DNA of 64,000 nucleotides from Mustelus asterias. Lineage: Eukaryota. Both the position numbers and the translations under genes were made by a program. Location: assembly GCF_964213995.1 (NCBI RefSeq), contig NW_027590170.1, positions 806,001-870,000 on the forward strand, in the 5' to 3' direction. Below the pieces are notes generated by a model, which was not told the DNA's origin, did no database searches, and worked only from the letters and a program-made list of their open reading frames with translations. Position 1 is the first letter of the stretch. The number at the start of each line of letters is the position of its first letter. Shown in pieces: positions 1-11,721 of the stretch.

Positions 1-300
1 AACGCCCTCGGGATCGTGCAGCATCCTGGGGAACATTCTTTGAACTCTCTCCAAAGCTTCTAAGTCCTTTTGGTCGGACTGGGAGGTCCGGGGTGGATGT
101 AACCCTGGTCTGTAGTTTATCGTCAGGAAATTCTGAATTGTAAGCGCAAAGTTCTAGAAGAACAGCGCCTCATTAACACTGGACTGCCGACATACGACAA
201 CCACAGTGTCCCAACTTTGACCTGTTCCTCCAGTATCTGCGGGAGCTCTGACACATTTACTGAAGGCAAACAGCTCTCGGAGTTACACTCGCTGCTGATT
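1..300 (-). mobile_element. degraded CR1 LINE RT fragment
   Basis: Reverse complement resembles the CR1 ORF2 C-terminal region (..LERVQR..) of the intact copy at 6250-9069; broken frame. Confidence 0.55.
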
Positions 301-1336
301 TTCACAAGGAAACAAAGTTGTCCCTTGAAATATCACAGGAGAAGTTCTCTCTGACATCGCCGTGCATGGTTGTGCTATGGAGCCAACACTGCTACAGAGA
401 AGTAACAGATCCAGAACACAAATAAAAACATACTCCCAGTATCCAGACAGCGCTCTCACTGCTAAACAGAAGTAAAAATTCCGCTTCCAAATGCAGAGTC
501 ACCTGGAACTTTACAATAACAACAAAATTCAGGAAAACGTACGGAATTGTACTGGTTAAATCCAGTGCAGTTATGCTGAAATCAGCATTCAGAAATTTAC
601 TTCCTTACTTGAATTTACTTCTTTTTCCTTCGATGTGTTTTCCGGGACTGTCTGTGACATTGAACAACCCTCTCCATCTCTCTTGCAGTTTCGTGGAGCC
701 TTAGACCACGGCCTGTTAACACGATTTATTTAATCAGAGTGCGTTGCTGGATCAAAGAAAACTTATAAACACTGAATAGATTTCGCAAAGGGGTGACTAT
801 CATCTTTAAAACAACCCCAAGGAGATTTTCCTCAGTGAGCACTGAGCTTCAGAATGTTTCCTGGAAGCTGGTGTAGTTCTTGTCAACACGAACAATCCGG
901 AATTTTCTGATGATAATTTACAGACCAGACTTACCTTCCCCGGCCACCACTTCCTCCTCCCCAGTCTCTGAAAGTCCGGCGATTCCCCTGTCAGGGCACT
1001 GCCTGTAGCCAGGCTCGGACACTTCTCTTTCAATATCAACCCCAGATCACCACCAACTGGCCTCAGAGAACCAGAGACAGACACGGAGGTGAGGCAAGAG
1101 CATCCCGGGGGAAGAGAACAAGTTATTAAGGGCGGGATTTCGAACGGGTGTCTTCTAATGTGATTCTGCGATGATCTGTTTGTCTGATTGAATTCTGAAG
1201 TTTGTTTTCTCAGTCTCTCCTGGGAACAGTTTCATTCGAGGTGAGTTTGGTTTCCTTTCGCTGCACATTGCGGCTGCATCTACTACAATCCTCCACAGGC
1301 CCCAACAGACAGCAGCTGCACTCTGCAGTGAAAGGC

Positions 1337-1375
1337 AGTTTTTGTACAGGGCTGAGCTTGCTTTATATCACTGTG
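1337..1375 (-). other. 23-RSS of V segment 1
   Basis: CACAGTG (1369-1375) + 23 nt + ACAAAAACT (1337-1345). Confidence 0.95.
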
Positions 1376-1840
1376 CGTCTGAAAGCGCGCAGTAATACGC
1401 GGCGGCGTCAGTCAGCTTCAGACCCGAGATGGATAAACTGGTAAATTTATTCTCGGTCTGAAGTTCAGCAAAGAAACGGTTTTTGGCAAAATAGGCTTTA
1501 TCTTCACCGCTGCCCGAGCCTTTCCACAATATGAACTCAGGCTGTGAGTCTGGGTACTGCCGGTACCAGTATAGATAGTAGTAGCTCATTTCAGTATCAT
1601 ATTTACAATGTAAAGTTAACGTTTCTCCTTCTGCCCTAACTTCTGAGGACGGCGACTGAGTGACAGAATCTCCATGAATCAGATCTGAAAAACAAATATA
1701 AGAATATCTGACCGACCACTGTTGAAAATTTTGTTTCAGATCATGTTTCAAAAATATTTTTTAAAAAGTTGAAATGTGTTTGGTCCACATTTACCTGTCA
1801 GACATGTTGCCCACACAACCCAGATGCTGAGCAGCCGCAT
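1376..1840 (-). CDS. TCR alpha/delta V gene segment, apparently functional (leader exon 1795-1840, V exon 1376-1684)
   Basis: Leader MRLLSIWVVWATCLT with GTAAAT donor; acceptor TTTTTCAG; phase-1 join gives DLIHG-DSVTQ..LHCKY..WYRQ..DAAAYYCALSD with Cys23/Trp41/Cys104 and no stops. Confidence 0.93.
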
Positions 1841-2267
1841 TGTCTCTGTCCACTCTGTAAAAAGGGAGTTGGGGATTTTGAAGACACCCGTTCTAAACCC
1901 CGCCCTCAATAATCTGCTGATGCCTCAGGATGTTCTGACTTCACTTCCTGGTGTTCCCAGTGACAGTTTGAATCGGCAGGCCGGTGAGCTGGCTGTCAGA
2001 GCTGGGTAACAGTCAGTGCTTCATGGGGGGAATATTTCCATTTTACACAGCAGATGATGACAGTTAAACCCGATTCTGATTATTGTGACTCAGGCTTGCT
2101 CCAGGATTTGGATCATTCAGGATCAATCCGTTTATTTAAATCTTACCATCAGGGGAGTGGCTCAGCCGTGACTGCGAGATTTATCTCATGAAACACTGTG
2201 GCAATTATTGAACAATTACTGTATTGTATGTCGGAGTGGCTGATTGACTCGCCAGGCTGTTTTTTTT

Positions 2268-2598
2268 TAAACCCTACAGTGCAGAAGGAGGCCATTCGGC
2301 CCATCGAGTCTGCACCGACCACAATCCCACCCAGGCCCTACCCCCATATCCCTATATATTTACCCACGAATCCCGCTAACCTACACATCTCAGGACACTA
2401 AGGGGCAATTTCAGCATGGCCAATCAACCTAACCAGCACATCTTTGGACTGTGGGAGGAAACCGGAGTACCCGGAGGAAATCCACGCAGACACGAGGAGA
2501 ATGTGCAAACTCCACACAGACAGTGACCCAAGCCGGGAATCGAACCTCGGTCCCTGGAGCTGTGAAGCAGCAGTACTAACCACTGTGCTACCGTGCCG
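2268..2598 (-). mobile_element. tRNA-derived V-SINE (HE1-like)
   Basis: Head GGCACGGTAGCACAGTGGTTAG..GGTTCGATTCCC, V-domain TGTGTGGAGTTTGCACATTCTCC, CR1-like tail. Confidence 0.85.
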
Positions 2599-3399
2599 CT
2601 TTGTGGCACATTGGCAACGTCCCTGTCTTTCGAAGAGAAACTCCCAATTCAAGAGCAAAGTGAGGACCCGTTGGTGAAGGAATGAGCGGTTATACAGCCG
2701 TTCCACCGTCTGAACATCAGTTATGGAATCCTTCCCACCATAGTTCAAAGGAAAGAACGTGTGTTTGTGGCGAGATACTTCAAAGGTATTCCTGTCGCAT
2801 TAGAGCAACGATACCAGCTGTCACTGTACATTCAGTGGAACAATCTTGAAGTATAAACACTTTTACTAATGTATGGAGGATTCATCTCAATGACACCTCT
2901 GTTTACAATTAGCATCTACAATGGGGTTAGTTATCGTTTTTACAATGAGCCATGATCTTCGGAGATTGGAATTTTTCCAAAGAGGGAATAATGTCAGCGC
3001 TTCCAATAACTCGACACTCAGGTGTTCAAAGCACGGGAGCAAAGTTCAGACAGCAGGTTAACAGTCCCCAGGAGATATGCAAAGCTAGTTCTCATTAACT
3101 ACAATTAAATACCAGCCGGCTAGGAAACCCATTCTGTGTCACTTCCACTCATAAATGAAATGAACATAGTGCTGAGATGGTTACAGTGCAATAATTCAGA
3201 AAGCTGCTCTCAAAGTGGGTTTTTCGTTCACATTTTCACATCCTTTCCCACATCAGAAACACGCCTTCTCTCACTCGCTCTGCCCTCTGACTAATATCAA
3301 GCTCCAATCCTTCCACATGCCGATGATTTTGTGATGATTATTGACCTCTTTACCTTCTCCAAAATATTGAGGCAAATTGGGTTCAAGCATTTAACTTAG

Positions 3400-3725
3400 C
3401 ATAGACTCTCTACAGTGCAGAAGGAGGCCATTCGTCCCATCGAGTCTGCACCGATCACAATCCCACCCAGGCCCTATTTCCGTAACCCAACTTTTTATCC
3501 CGCTAACCCCCCCGCCCCCCCCTAACACTAAGACGCAATTTAACATGGCGAATCAACCTAACCCGCACATCTTTGGACTGTGGAGGGAACCGGAGCACCC
3601 GGAGGAAACCCATGCAGACACAGGGAGAATGTGCAGATTCCACACAGACAGTGACCCATGGCCAGAATTGAACCCGGGTCCCTGGCGCTGTGAGGCAGCA
3701 GTGCTAGCCGCTGTGCCACCGTACA
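3400..3725 (-). mobile_element. tRNA-derived V-SINE (HE1-like)
   Basis: Homologous to 2268-2598. Confidence 0.85.
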
Positions 3726-4224
3726 ATCCCACGGAGGGGAAGAGAAGAATAGAAGAGGAGGAAGAAAAGAGGATAGTATATTTGGTTATTCAATGGCTTG
3801 TCCTGACAGTTTCCTTTTGTGACTCACTGAAGTTTTTCCAGACTGAATTAAGATGCTGAGCAGAAAATTAGGTTTTGAATCGTTAAACTAAATATTGGAA
3901 AAACGTAAAATTACCGGTGAAAAGTGGAAACTAGAGATGGGAGGGACGGAGTAGGAAATTAAATTGAAAGCAACAAGGACATTTAATATAAAACAAATAA
4001 GGTTCCGCAGCTGTAATTGTGGAGTCTATTCTTAATATGTTGACTATTGAGATCATAAAGTAATGTAGTTCTACGAGTGGACCTCACTAGCTTTTGTTGT
4101 ACTTTGTATTTATTGCAGGTTATGAACGATCCCTTTGGCTATCGCACCGCAGTGTGAACTATTGCTGTTGTTCACCAGTGTGAGAGCGCCCTCTGCTGAG
4201 CAATCACTGGATTTGTCGCTGTGG

Positions 4225-4355
4225 GATTTTGACCGGGCCCCACTACGTCTCTGCAGCAAAATGGGACTCATGGCACTGAAATACACAGCGATGTCGGAAA
4301 TCAGGACTTTGCTAATCGATATCTCTGTGATCTTTGTAATTTTACGAAACTTTGA
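4225..4355 (-). pseudogene. TCR V relic (FR3 plus degenerate RSS), same family as the V exon at 9425-9728
   Basis: KITEISISKVLISDIAVYFSAMSP aligns with KITELTIGNTLMTESAVYFCSLES; Cys104 lost; heptamer CATTTTG (4257-4263) + 23 nt + GTCAAAATC; 5' part replaced by CR1. Confidence 0.8.
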
Positions 4356-4389
4356 TCTGCACATTTGAGCTTGCAGTTTGTTATCCCTC

Positions 4390-4990
4390 TGAAGGGATAA
4401 AGCATGACGGAGATGGGTACTCAGCAACAGTTGGGTATCCTCGTGCGTCAGTCGCTGAAAGTAAACGTGCAGGTACAGCAGGCAGTAAAGAAGGCAAATG
4501 GTATGTTACCCGTCATAGCAAGGGTATTTGAGTATAGGAAAAGGGATGTTTTGCTGTAATTGTATCGGGAGTTCAGAAGAGTGAGAGGGGACCTCATAGA
4601 AACTAATAAAATGCAAAGAGGATTAGACGGAGTAGATTCAGAAAGAATGTTCTCGATAGTGGGGAAGTCCAGATCTAGGGGTCACAGACTGAGGTAAGGT
4701 TTAAACCTTTTGAGACTCAGGTGAGGAGAAGTTTCTTCACCCGGAGAGTGGTGAATGTGTGGAATTCACTGCCACTCAAAGAATTTGAGGCCAAACGTTT
4801 GTGTGATTTCTAGAAGAAAGTAGATATAGCTCTTGGGGCCAAATGGATAAAGGGATATTGGGGAGGGCAGGATCAGGAGATTGACTTTGATGATGAGCCA
4901 TGATCAAAATGAATGGTGGGGCAGTTTCAAAGGGCCGACTGGCCTGCTCCTGAGTCTAGTTACTATGTTTCTATATCGATGTTTCTATGC
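4390..4990 (+). mobile_element. CR1 LINE 3' fragment
   Basis: Degraded ORF2 end and 3' UTR ending in TTTCTATG-type tail. Confidence 0.8.
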
Positions 4991-5002
4991 ACTATGGAAG
5001 AT

Positions 5003-5173
5003 CCATGATGTGGAGATGCCGGCGTTGTACAGGAATAGGCAAAGTTATAAGTCTCACAGCACCAGGTCAAAGTTAACCGGGTGACTTATCTGATGAAGGA
5101 ACAGGGTTCCGAAAGCTCGTGATTCCAAATATATCTGCTGGCCTTTAACCCGGTGTTGTGACACTTCTTACTT
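5003..5173. mobile_element. short Penelope-like element (inverted pLTR ends) with minimal hammerhead ribozyme
   Basis: Ends match the Penelope at 13220-15403; TSD TGGAAGAT at 4995-5002 and 5174-5181. Confidence 0.75.
5086..5122 (+). ncRNA. minimal type I hammerhead ribozyme
   Basis: TTAT-CTGATGA-A-GGAAC/GTTCC stem II-GAAA-GCTC-GTGA; palindromic AGCT stem III typical of Penelope HHRs. Confidence 0.75.
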
Positions 5174-5209
5174 TGGAAGATGCCAGTGGTGTTGACCCTA
5201 ACAGAACAC

Positions 5210-5990
5210 ATAATCTCAGTCTTAAATTAGCGCTCGTTTATTCTGAGTGTATCCCTTCTGTCCCTACACTCTCCCACGAGGGGAAACATCCTCTCAGCAT
5301 TTACACTCTCAAGCCCCTCAATAATCCCATATGTTTCAATGACATCACATCCCATTTTTCTAAATTCCAGTGAGTAGAGTCCCAACGTGTTTAATCTTTG
5401 CTCATAAGACAATCCATCCATACCGGGGATCAGCCTTGTGAACGTTCTCTGAACTACCTCCAATGAAATAATATATGTCCTCAAATAAAGAGACAAAAGC
5501 TGCTTACGGAACGCCAGATGCGGTCTCACCAGTACCTTGTACAGTGCAGCAAGACTTCCCTATTCTTACAATCCAACCCCCTTGATATAAAGACCAACAT
5601 CCCATGAGCATTCCTGATTACCTGCTGCATATGTCTGCTCATTTTCTGTATTTCATGTACAAGTACCCCTAAGTCCCTTTGTGTGGCAGCTTTACACAGT
5701 TTCCCTATTTGCATAATACTCTGTTCTTTTGTTCTCCCTTCCAAAATGAACATTTTTCCCCACATTAAACTCCTTTTTCGAACTTACCGCTGAATTAAAA
5801 AACCTATCAATATCTCTCTCAACTATTTATATCCCTGTCGTAACTTGCTTTTTCCACCTATTTTTGTGTCTGCAACTTTTGCTACAGTATATATGCTTCC
5901 TCCCTCCAAGTCATGAACATTTATTGTATAGAGTTGTCGTCCCAGCACTAATTCCTCTGGAACCCCACCGGTACACGTCCCGAACTGAAA
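5210..5990 (-). mobile_element. old CR1 LINE fragment
   Basis: ORF fragments with ADTKIGG, QRDLGVLVH, LEVVQRTFTRLIPG. Confidence 0.85.
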
Positions 5991-6157
5991 ACCCCTGTAT
6001 TTTTGCCTCTCACAGAGGATTTCCATCACTGCAGAGTTACAGACTCAGGAAGGGTCATGGGGAACCGTCCCGCTTCGATTCTCATCATTATCTCAGTTCT
6101 CAGTAAGTAACTCCTGGGGCAAAGGGTGTCAAAGGATATGGGGGGAAGGTGAGAACA

Positions 6158-9100
6158 TAGAACATAGAACATTACAGCGCAGAACAGGCCCTTCGGCCCA
6201 CGATGTTGCACCGACCAGTTAAAAAAAAAAAAAACTGTGACCCTCCAACCTAAACCAATTTCTTTTCGTCCATGAACCTATCTACGGATCTCTTAAACGC
6301 CCCCAAACTAGGCGCATTTACTACTGATGCTGGCAGGGCATTCCAATCCCTCACCACCCTCTGGGTAAAGAACCTACCCCTGACATCGGTTCTATAACTA
6401 CCCCCCCTCAATTTAAAGCCATGCCCCCTCGTGCTGGATTTCTCCATCAGAGGAAAAAGGCTATCACTATCCACCCTATCTAAACCTCTAATCATCTTAT
6501 ATGTTTCAATAAGATCCCCTCTTAGCCGCCGCCTTTCCAGCGAAAACAATCCCAAATCCCTCAGCCTCTCCTCATAGGATCTCCCCTCCATACCAGGCAA
6601 CATCCTGGTAAACCTCCTCTGCACCCTCTCCAAAGCCTCCACATCCTTCCTGTAATGTGGGGACCAGAACTGCACACAGTACTCCAAGTGCGGCCGCACC
6701 AGAGTTGTGTACAGTTGCAACATAACGCTACGACTCCTAAATTCAATCCCCCTACCAATAAACGCCAAGACACCATATGCCTTCTTAACAACCTTATCTA
6801 CTTGATTCCCAACTTTCAGGGATCTATGCACACATACACCTAGATCCCTCTGCTCCTCCACACTATTCAAAGTCCTCCCGTTAGCCCTATACTCAACACA
6901 TCTGTTATTCCTACCAAAGTGAATTACCTCACACTTCTCCGCATTAAACTCCATCCGCCACCTCTCGGCCCAACTTTGCAACCTGTCTAAGTCTTCCTGC
7001 AAACTACGACACCCTTCCTCACTGTCTACCACACCACCGACTTTGGTGTCATCAGCAAATTTGCTAATCCACCCAACTATACCCTCATCCAGATCATTAA
7101 TAAATATTACAAACAGCAGTGGCCCCAAAACAGATCCCTGAGGTACACCACTTGTAACCGCACTCCATGATGAATATTTACTATCAACCACCACCCTCTG
7201 TTTCCTATCCGCTAGCCAATTCCTGATCCAATTTCCTAGATCACCCCCAATCCCATACATCTGCATTTTCTGCAGAAGCCTACCATGGTGAACCTTATCA
7301 AACGCCTTACTAAAATCCATATATACCACGTCCACTGCCTTGCCCCCATCCACCTCCTTGGTCACTTTCTCAAAAAACTCAATAAGGTTAGTAAGGCACG
7401 ACCTACCTGCCACAAAACCATGCTGACTATCACCTATCAATTCATTACTCTCCAAATAACTATAAATCCTATCCCTTATAATTTTTTCCAACATCTTGCC
7501 GACAACAGAAGTGAGACTCACCGGTCTATAATTCCCGGGGAAGTCTCTGTTCCCCTTCTTAAACAATGGGACAACATTCGCTAACCTCCAATCTTCTGGT
7601 ACTATACCAGAGGCCAACGACGACCTGAAGATCAGAGCCAGAGGCTCTGCAATCACTTCTCTTGCCTCCCAGAGAATCCTTGGATAAATCCCATCCGGAC
7701 CAGGGGATTTATCTATTTTCAGACCCTCCAGAATATCCTGCACATCCTCCTTATCAACTGTAATACTGTCTATTCTACTCCCTTGCAACCCAGTGTCCTC
7801 CTCAGCTATATTCATGTCCCCTTGCGTGAACACCGAAGAGAAATATTGGTTCAATGCTTCACCAATCTCCTCCGGTTCCACACATAACTTCCCTCTGCCA
7901 TCTATAACTGGCCCTAAACTTGCCCTAACCAACCTTCTGTTCTTGACATACCTATAGAACGCCTTAGGATTCTCTTTAACCCTATCCGCCAAAGTCTTCT
8001 CATGTCCCCTTTTAGCCCTTCTAAGCTCGCTCTTCAACTCCCTCTTAGCCAATCTAAAGCTTTCTAGTGCACTACCCGAGTGCTCACGTCTCATCCGAAC
8101 ATAAGCCTCCTTTTTCTTTTTAACCAACAAAGAAACTTTTTTGGTGCACCACGGTTCCCTAGCCCTACCAATTCCTCCTTGCCTGACAGGGACATACCTA
8201 TCACAGACTCGCAGTAGCTGCTCCTTGAAAAAACTCCACATGTCGGACGTTCCCAGTCCCTGTAATCTCCTAGTCCAACCTATGTTTCCTAATTCTCTCC
8301 TAATAGCCTCATAATTACCCTTCCCCCAGCTAAAACCACTGGCCCGAGGTTCATGCCTATCCCTTTCCATCACTAAGGTGAACGTAACCGAATTGTGGTC
8401 ACTATCACCAAAATGCACACCAACTTCCAAGTCTAGCACCTGGTCTGGCTCATTTCCCAGCACCAGATCCAATATAGCCTCACCTCTAGTTGGCCTGTCT
8501 ACATACTGAGTCAAAAAACCTTCCTGCACGCTTTGAACAAAAACTGACCCCTCTAACGAGCTAGAGCTATAACAATTCCAGTCAATATTAGTCAAGTTAA
8601 AATCCCCCATAACAATTGCCCTATTACTTTCACTCCTAAGCAGGATTGACTCCGCAATCCTTTCCTCAACCTCTCTAGAACTTTTAGGAGGTCTATAAAA
8701 GACTCCCAACAGGGTGACCTCTCCTCTCCTATTTCTAATCTCCGCCCATACTACCTCAACAGATAAGTCCTCATCAAACCTCCTCTCTGACACTGTGATA
8801 CAATCTCTGACCAATAATGCTACCCCTCCCCCTCTTCTACCTCCTTCCCTACTTCGACTAAAACATTTGAACCCCGGGACCTGCAGCATCCATTCCTGCC
8901 CCTGCTCTATCCATGTCTCTGAAATAGCCACAACATCGAAGTCCCAGGTACTGATCCACGCTGCAAGTTCACCCACTTTATTGCGAATACTCCTGGCATT
9001 GAAGTATACACATTTCAAACCCTGCTCCACCCCACCTCTGCAATGCCGTGCATTGCAGTCCCCATCCATGCATCCCTCACTTTCAGCCCCACTACTCAGG

Positions 9101-9194
9101 ATCCCTCCCCCCCCCCCCGAATCCGTTTAAACCTCCCTGCATGGCCTTAGCAAATTTACCCCCCAGGATATTGGTCCCCTTCTGATTAAGGTGT
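6158..9194 (-). mobile_element. young 5'-truncated CR1 LINE
   Basis: Tail (TTCTATG)n at ~6151-6172; AGAACA at 6152-6157 and 9195-9200 as putative TSD; only the last ~25 codons of ORF1 retained. Confidence 0.95.
6250..9069 (-). CDS. CR1 ORF2: APE endonuclease + reverse transcriptase (939 aa, uninterrupted)
   Basis: CVYFNARS, SETW, MGDFN, SDHN (endonuclease); NYRPVSLT, QHGF, GVPQGSVLGP, FADD (RT). Confidence 0.97.
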   Translation of the reverse strand: MDGDCNARHCRGGVEQGLKCVYFNARSIRNKVGELAAWISTWDFDVVAISETWIEQGQEWMLQVPGFKCFSRSREGGRRGGGVALLVRDCITVSERRFDEDLSVEVVWAEIRNRRGEVTLLGVFYRPPKSSREVEERIAESILLRSESNRAIVMGDFNLTNIDWNCYSSSSLEGSVFVQSVQEGFLTQYVDRPTRGEAILDLVLGNEPDQVLDLEVGVHFGDSDHNSVTFTLVMERDRHEPRASGFSWGKGNYEAIRRELGNIGWTRRLQGLGTSDMWSFFKEQLLRVCDRYVPVRQGGIGRAREPWCTKKVSLLVKKKKEAYVRMRREHSGSALESFRLAKRELKSELRRAKRGHEKTLADRVKENPKAFYRYVKNRRLVRASLGPVIDGRGKLCVEPEEIGEALNQYFSSVFTQGDMNIAEEDTGLQGSRIDSITVDKEDVQDILEGLKIDKSPGPDGIYPRILWEAREVIAEPLALIFRSSLASGIVPEDWRLANVVPLFKKGNRDFPGNYRPVSLTSVVGKMLEKIIRDRIYSYLESNELIGDSQHGFVAGRSCLTNLIEFFEKVTKEVDGGKAVDVVYMDFSKAFDKVHHGRLLQKMQMYGIGGDLGNWIRNWLADRKQRVVVDSKYSSWSAVTSGVPQGSVLGPLLFVIFINDLDEGIVGWISKFADDTKVGGVVDSEEGCRSLQEDLDRLQSWAERWRMEFNAEKCEVIHFGRNNRCVEYRANGRTLNSVEEQRDLGVCVHRSLKVGNQVDKVVKKAYGVLAFIGRGIEFRSRSVMLQLYTTLVRPHLEYCVQFWSPHYRKDVEALERVQRRFTRMLPGMEGRSYEERLRDLGLFSLERRRLRGDLIETYKMIRGLDRVDSDSLFPLMEKSSTRGHGFKLRGGSYRTDVRGRFFTQRVVRDWNALPASVVNAPSLGAFKRSVDRFMDEKKLV

Positions 9195-9728
9195 AGAACA
9201 GGTTATGGAATTGGATAATCAGCCGTAATCATAATGAATGGCCGAACAGGCTCTAAGTGCCGAATTGCATACTCCTGCTCCTATTCTCCAAGTTCGAAAT
9301 ATTTCCTTCCCTTTAAGCCGGATATCATTGCTGGTAAAATATGAGGGATGGTTTAATGACAATTTGGTTTGTAAATATTAGGCTGCTGCTAATTGTTTTT
9401 ACCTTTACTATAATTTTACATTAGACTGGAGTCACCAAGACACAGTGGAGCACCCGGTTGCCGAATAAACAGTTGAAGAGGATCGTAATGTCACAATAAC
9501 CTGCAAATTTAAGACAAGTGATTCCAACCCTTATGTGTACTGGTACAGTCAGAGTCCCGGGCAGTCTCCACAGTACATGCTTCACATTCTGGGTGTGAAA
9601 ATGTACAGACACGCCGACATTAGCGACCGCTTTTCAGCTACATTAAATAAAACTGCCAAGATCACCGAGCTGACGATCGGCAACACACTCATGACTGAAA
9701 GTGCGGTATATTTCTGTTCCTTGGAGTC

Positions 9729-9767
9729 CACACTGCTACAGACATAGCAAGTCCCATACCAAAACTC
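9729..9767 (+). other. RSS of the V pseudogene
   Basis: CACACTG + 22 nt + ACCAAAACT (or 23 nt + CCAAAACTC). Confidence 0.8.
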
Positions 9768-9834
9768 CACAGTAAGAGTTCCAGTTAGTGCTCCGGAGAG
9801 GGCGCTGTCACACCGATAGACAGAAACAACAAAG

Positions 9835-10030
9835 GTAAAGTCGATATCGTCCCAGATGACCACAGGCTGGTGGTGATTTAAACTGAGGTTCAGATGACAC
9901 CTAAAACGAGGGGTAAGCTTGAGAAGGCGGCACCTTCATGAATAACCTCAGCTGGTATGGGAATTGAATCTGCGCTGTAAGTGGCTGCTTTCCGTCATAA
10001 TTCAACAGTGCAGCCAACTGAGCTGAAAGG
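9835..10030 (-). mobile_element. short interspersed repeat (second copy ~12855-13045)
   Basis: Two homologous copies in the window; tRNA-like head on the minus strand. Confidence 0.55.
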
Positions 10031-10622
10031 ACCCCCGAAGGAAAAACGAATCCAATCCCCACAGTGATAGACACAGTAAGGAACCGTTGTGAAATTGTAA
10101 CAAAAACAACCTCCTCCACAGTACGCCGGATATGATCCCACTCATGTCCTCGCCAACTAACGCATTAACTCCATTTTTTAGATTGAAATCACCTCGCATA
10201 AAACGACAATGTTCTCATTACTTGCTGTGTCTGTTTACTAGCGTTTATGATTCACACACTAGGACACGCAGATCCCCCTGAGTCTCAGACTTCTGCAATC
10301 TCTCACTATTTGGGTATTTATATTATTTCAACTTCTTACTGCCAACATTAATTATGTCACATTTGCTCACATTAAACTTCATTCTACAGGTCTGTGTCCA
10401 CTCATTTAACGTATCTATCTCTCTTTGTAAACGCCTAACGTTCTCTTCAGCATTTATTTTCCTAGATATATTGGTGGTCAGTAGATTTAGCACCAGACCT
10501 TCGGTGTGCCATCAAATCATTTGTACACCACTCAACACATCCTGAAAACCGGAAAAAACAATTTAATGTTCGTTGTTTGTGTGCATCTGAATTCCAGCAA
10601 ATCGTTATAGAAATCGCATGAT

Positions 10623-11004
10623 GGGAGGCCTGGTGACATTATCACCAGAAAACTAATCCAGAAAACCAGCTAATGTCTGGGGACGCGGATTCGAATCCCG
10701 TCACGGTAGATGGTGTAATCTAAATTCAATAAACAGATCTGCAATTTAGAATCTACTGATGACCATGAAACCATCTTCGATTGATGAAAAACCCCATTTG
10801 GTTCACAAATGGCCTTGAGGGAAAGAAATCTACCGTCCTTACCTGGTCTGGTCTACATGGGATTCCAGAGCGAAAGCAATGTGGTTGACTCTCAGCTGCC
10901 CGCTGTAATGGACTAGCAAGCCACACAGTTCAAGGGCAACGAGGGATGGGCAATAAATGCTGGCCGGCCAGCGACGTCCATATCCCACAAATGACTTAAA
11001 AAAA
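10623..11004 (+). mobile_element. tRNA-headed SINE sharing both ends with the LINE at 24087-27355
   Basis: B-box-like GGATTCGAATCCC; head homologous to 24087-24416, tail to 27280-27355. Confidence 0.8.
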
Positions 11005-11682
11005 GAACCCCGGGCCACTGCCGATTCAAGCGGTGAAACAGGAAAATATTTCAAATATCTCAGGGCAGACATCGTGGGTCAGAGAGAACATAATGTTTTC
11101 GGGATTGCATCTGGCTGCGTTACCGCCAGTTGTTTAGCGATAATTTTCAGTTGATAACAGGGAAGAACGTGGGACCACAGTGCCCTCTCAGGGCATCTCC
11201 AGCCGGAAGAATTGACACTGTCAGAACAGTGAGCAGGGTGTAAATTTATTTATGAGGCAAGATCCAATAACAGATCTTCACGAGCTGGTTATCAAACCAT
11301 AAACTGTCGAACTATCAAGGAAGTTTGACTGAAGTTAAAACAAACGCCGTTTTACATCATTTCTGAGTCATTTCAGTTATGATTTCACCAGATTTTTAAC
11401 TCTATGCATCACACTCATTATTTTTTATTTTCCTCCTCTTCTCTTTCCATTGATTCAAAATCTTCTGTGCTCTTTACGCATTCTTATTGTACCTCTATTC
11501 TGCATCTTTCACTCATTCCGATTTTGCATGTTAACTTCATTTTACGACTATATTTTCAATTCTCTTCATTTAAACCTGTTTAAATTTTCGGTTTCTGGAT
11601 GTGTTTTCATCTCTTTCTCCCGACCCATGGAATTTACTACCACGCATATTGAAACGTCAATATTCCAGACACGGCGGGGTGG

Positions 11683-11721
11683 ATTTTGTGCACGGGAACT
11701 CCCTGCGTTTGTCACACTGTG
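11683..11721 (-). other. 23-RSS of the single-exon V
   Basis: CACAGTG (11715-11721) + 23 nt + GCACAAAAT. Confidence 0.85.

Larger units (their letters stand above)
6057..9728 (+). pseudogene. TCR alpha/delta V pseudogene (leader exon 6057-6102, V exon 9425-9728) with a LINE in its intron
   Basis: Leader MGNRPASILIIISVL + GTAAGT donor; V exon WSHQDTVEHPVAE*TVEEDRNVTITCKF..WYSQ..ESAVYFCSLES; in-frame TAA at 9466-9468. Confidence 0.85.

Noticed and set aside
400-620. Possible minus-strand V relic (LHW.., PEF, FYFC-like codons)
   Set aside because: Motifs fall in different frames with no RSS or splice acceptor; cannot be supported by eye
2700-2930. YQ and DTSVY-like codons suggesting another V relic
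   Set aside because: Too degenerate; no cysteines or RSS
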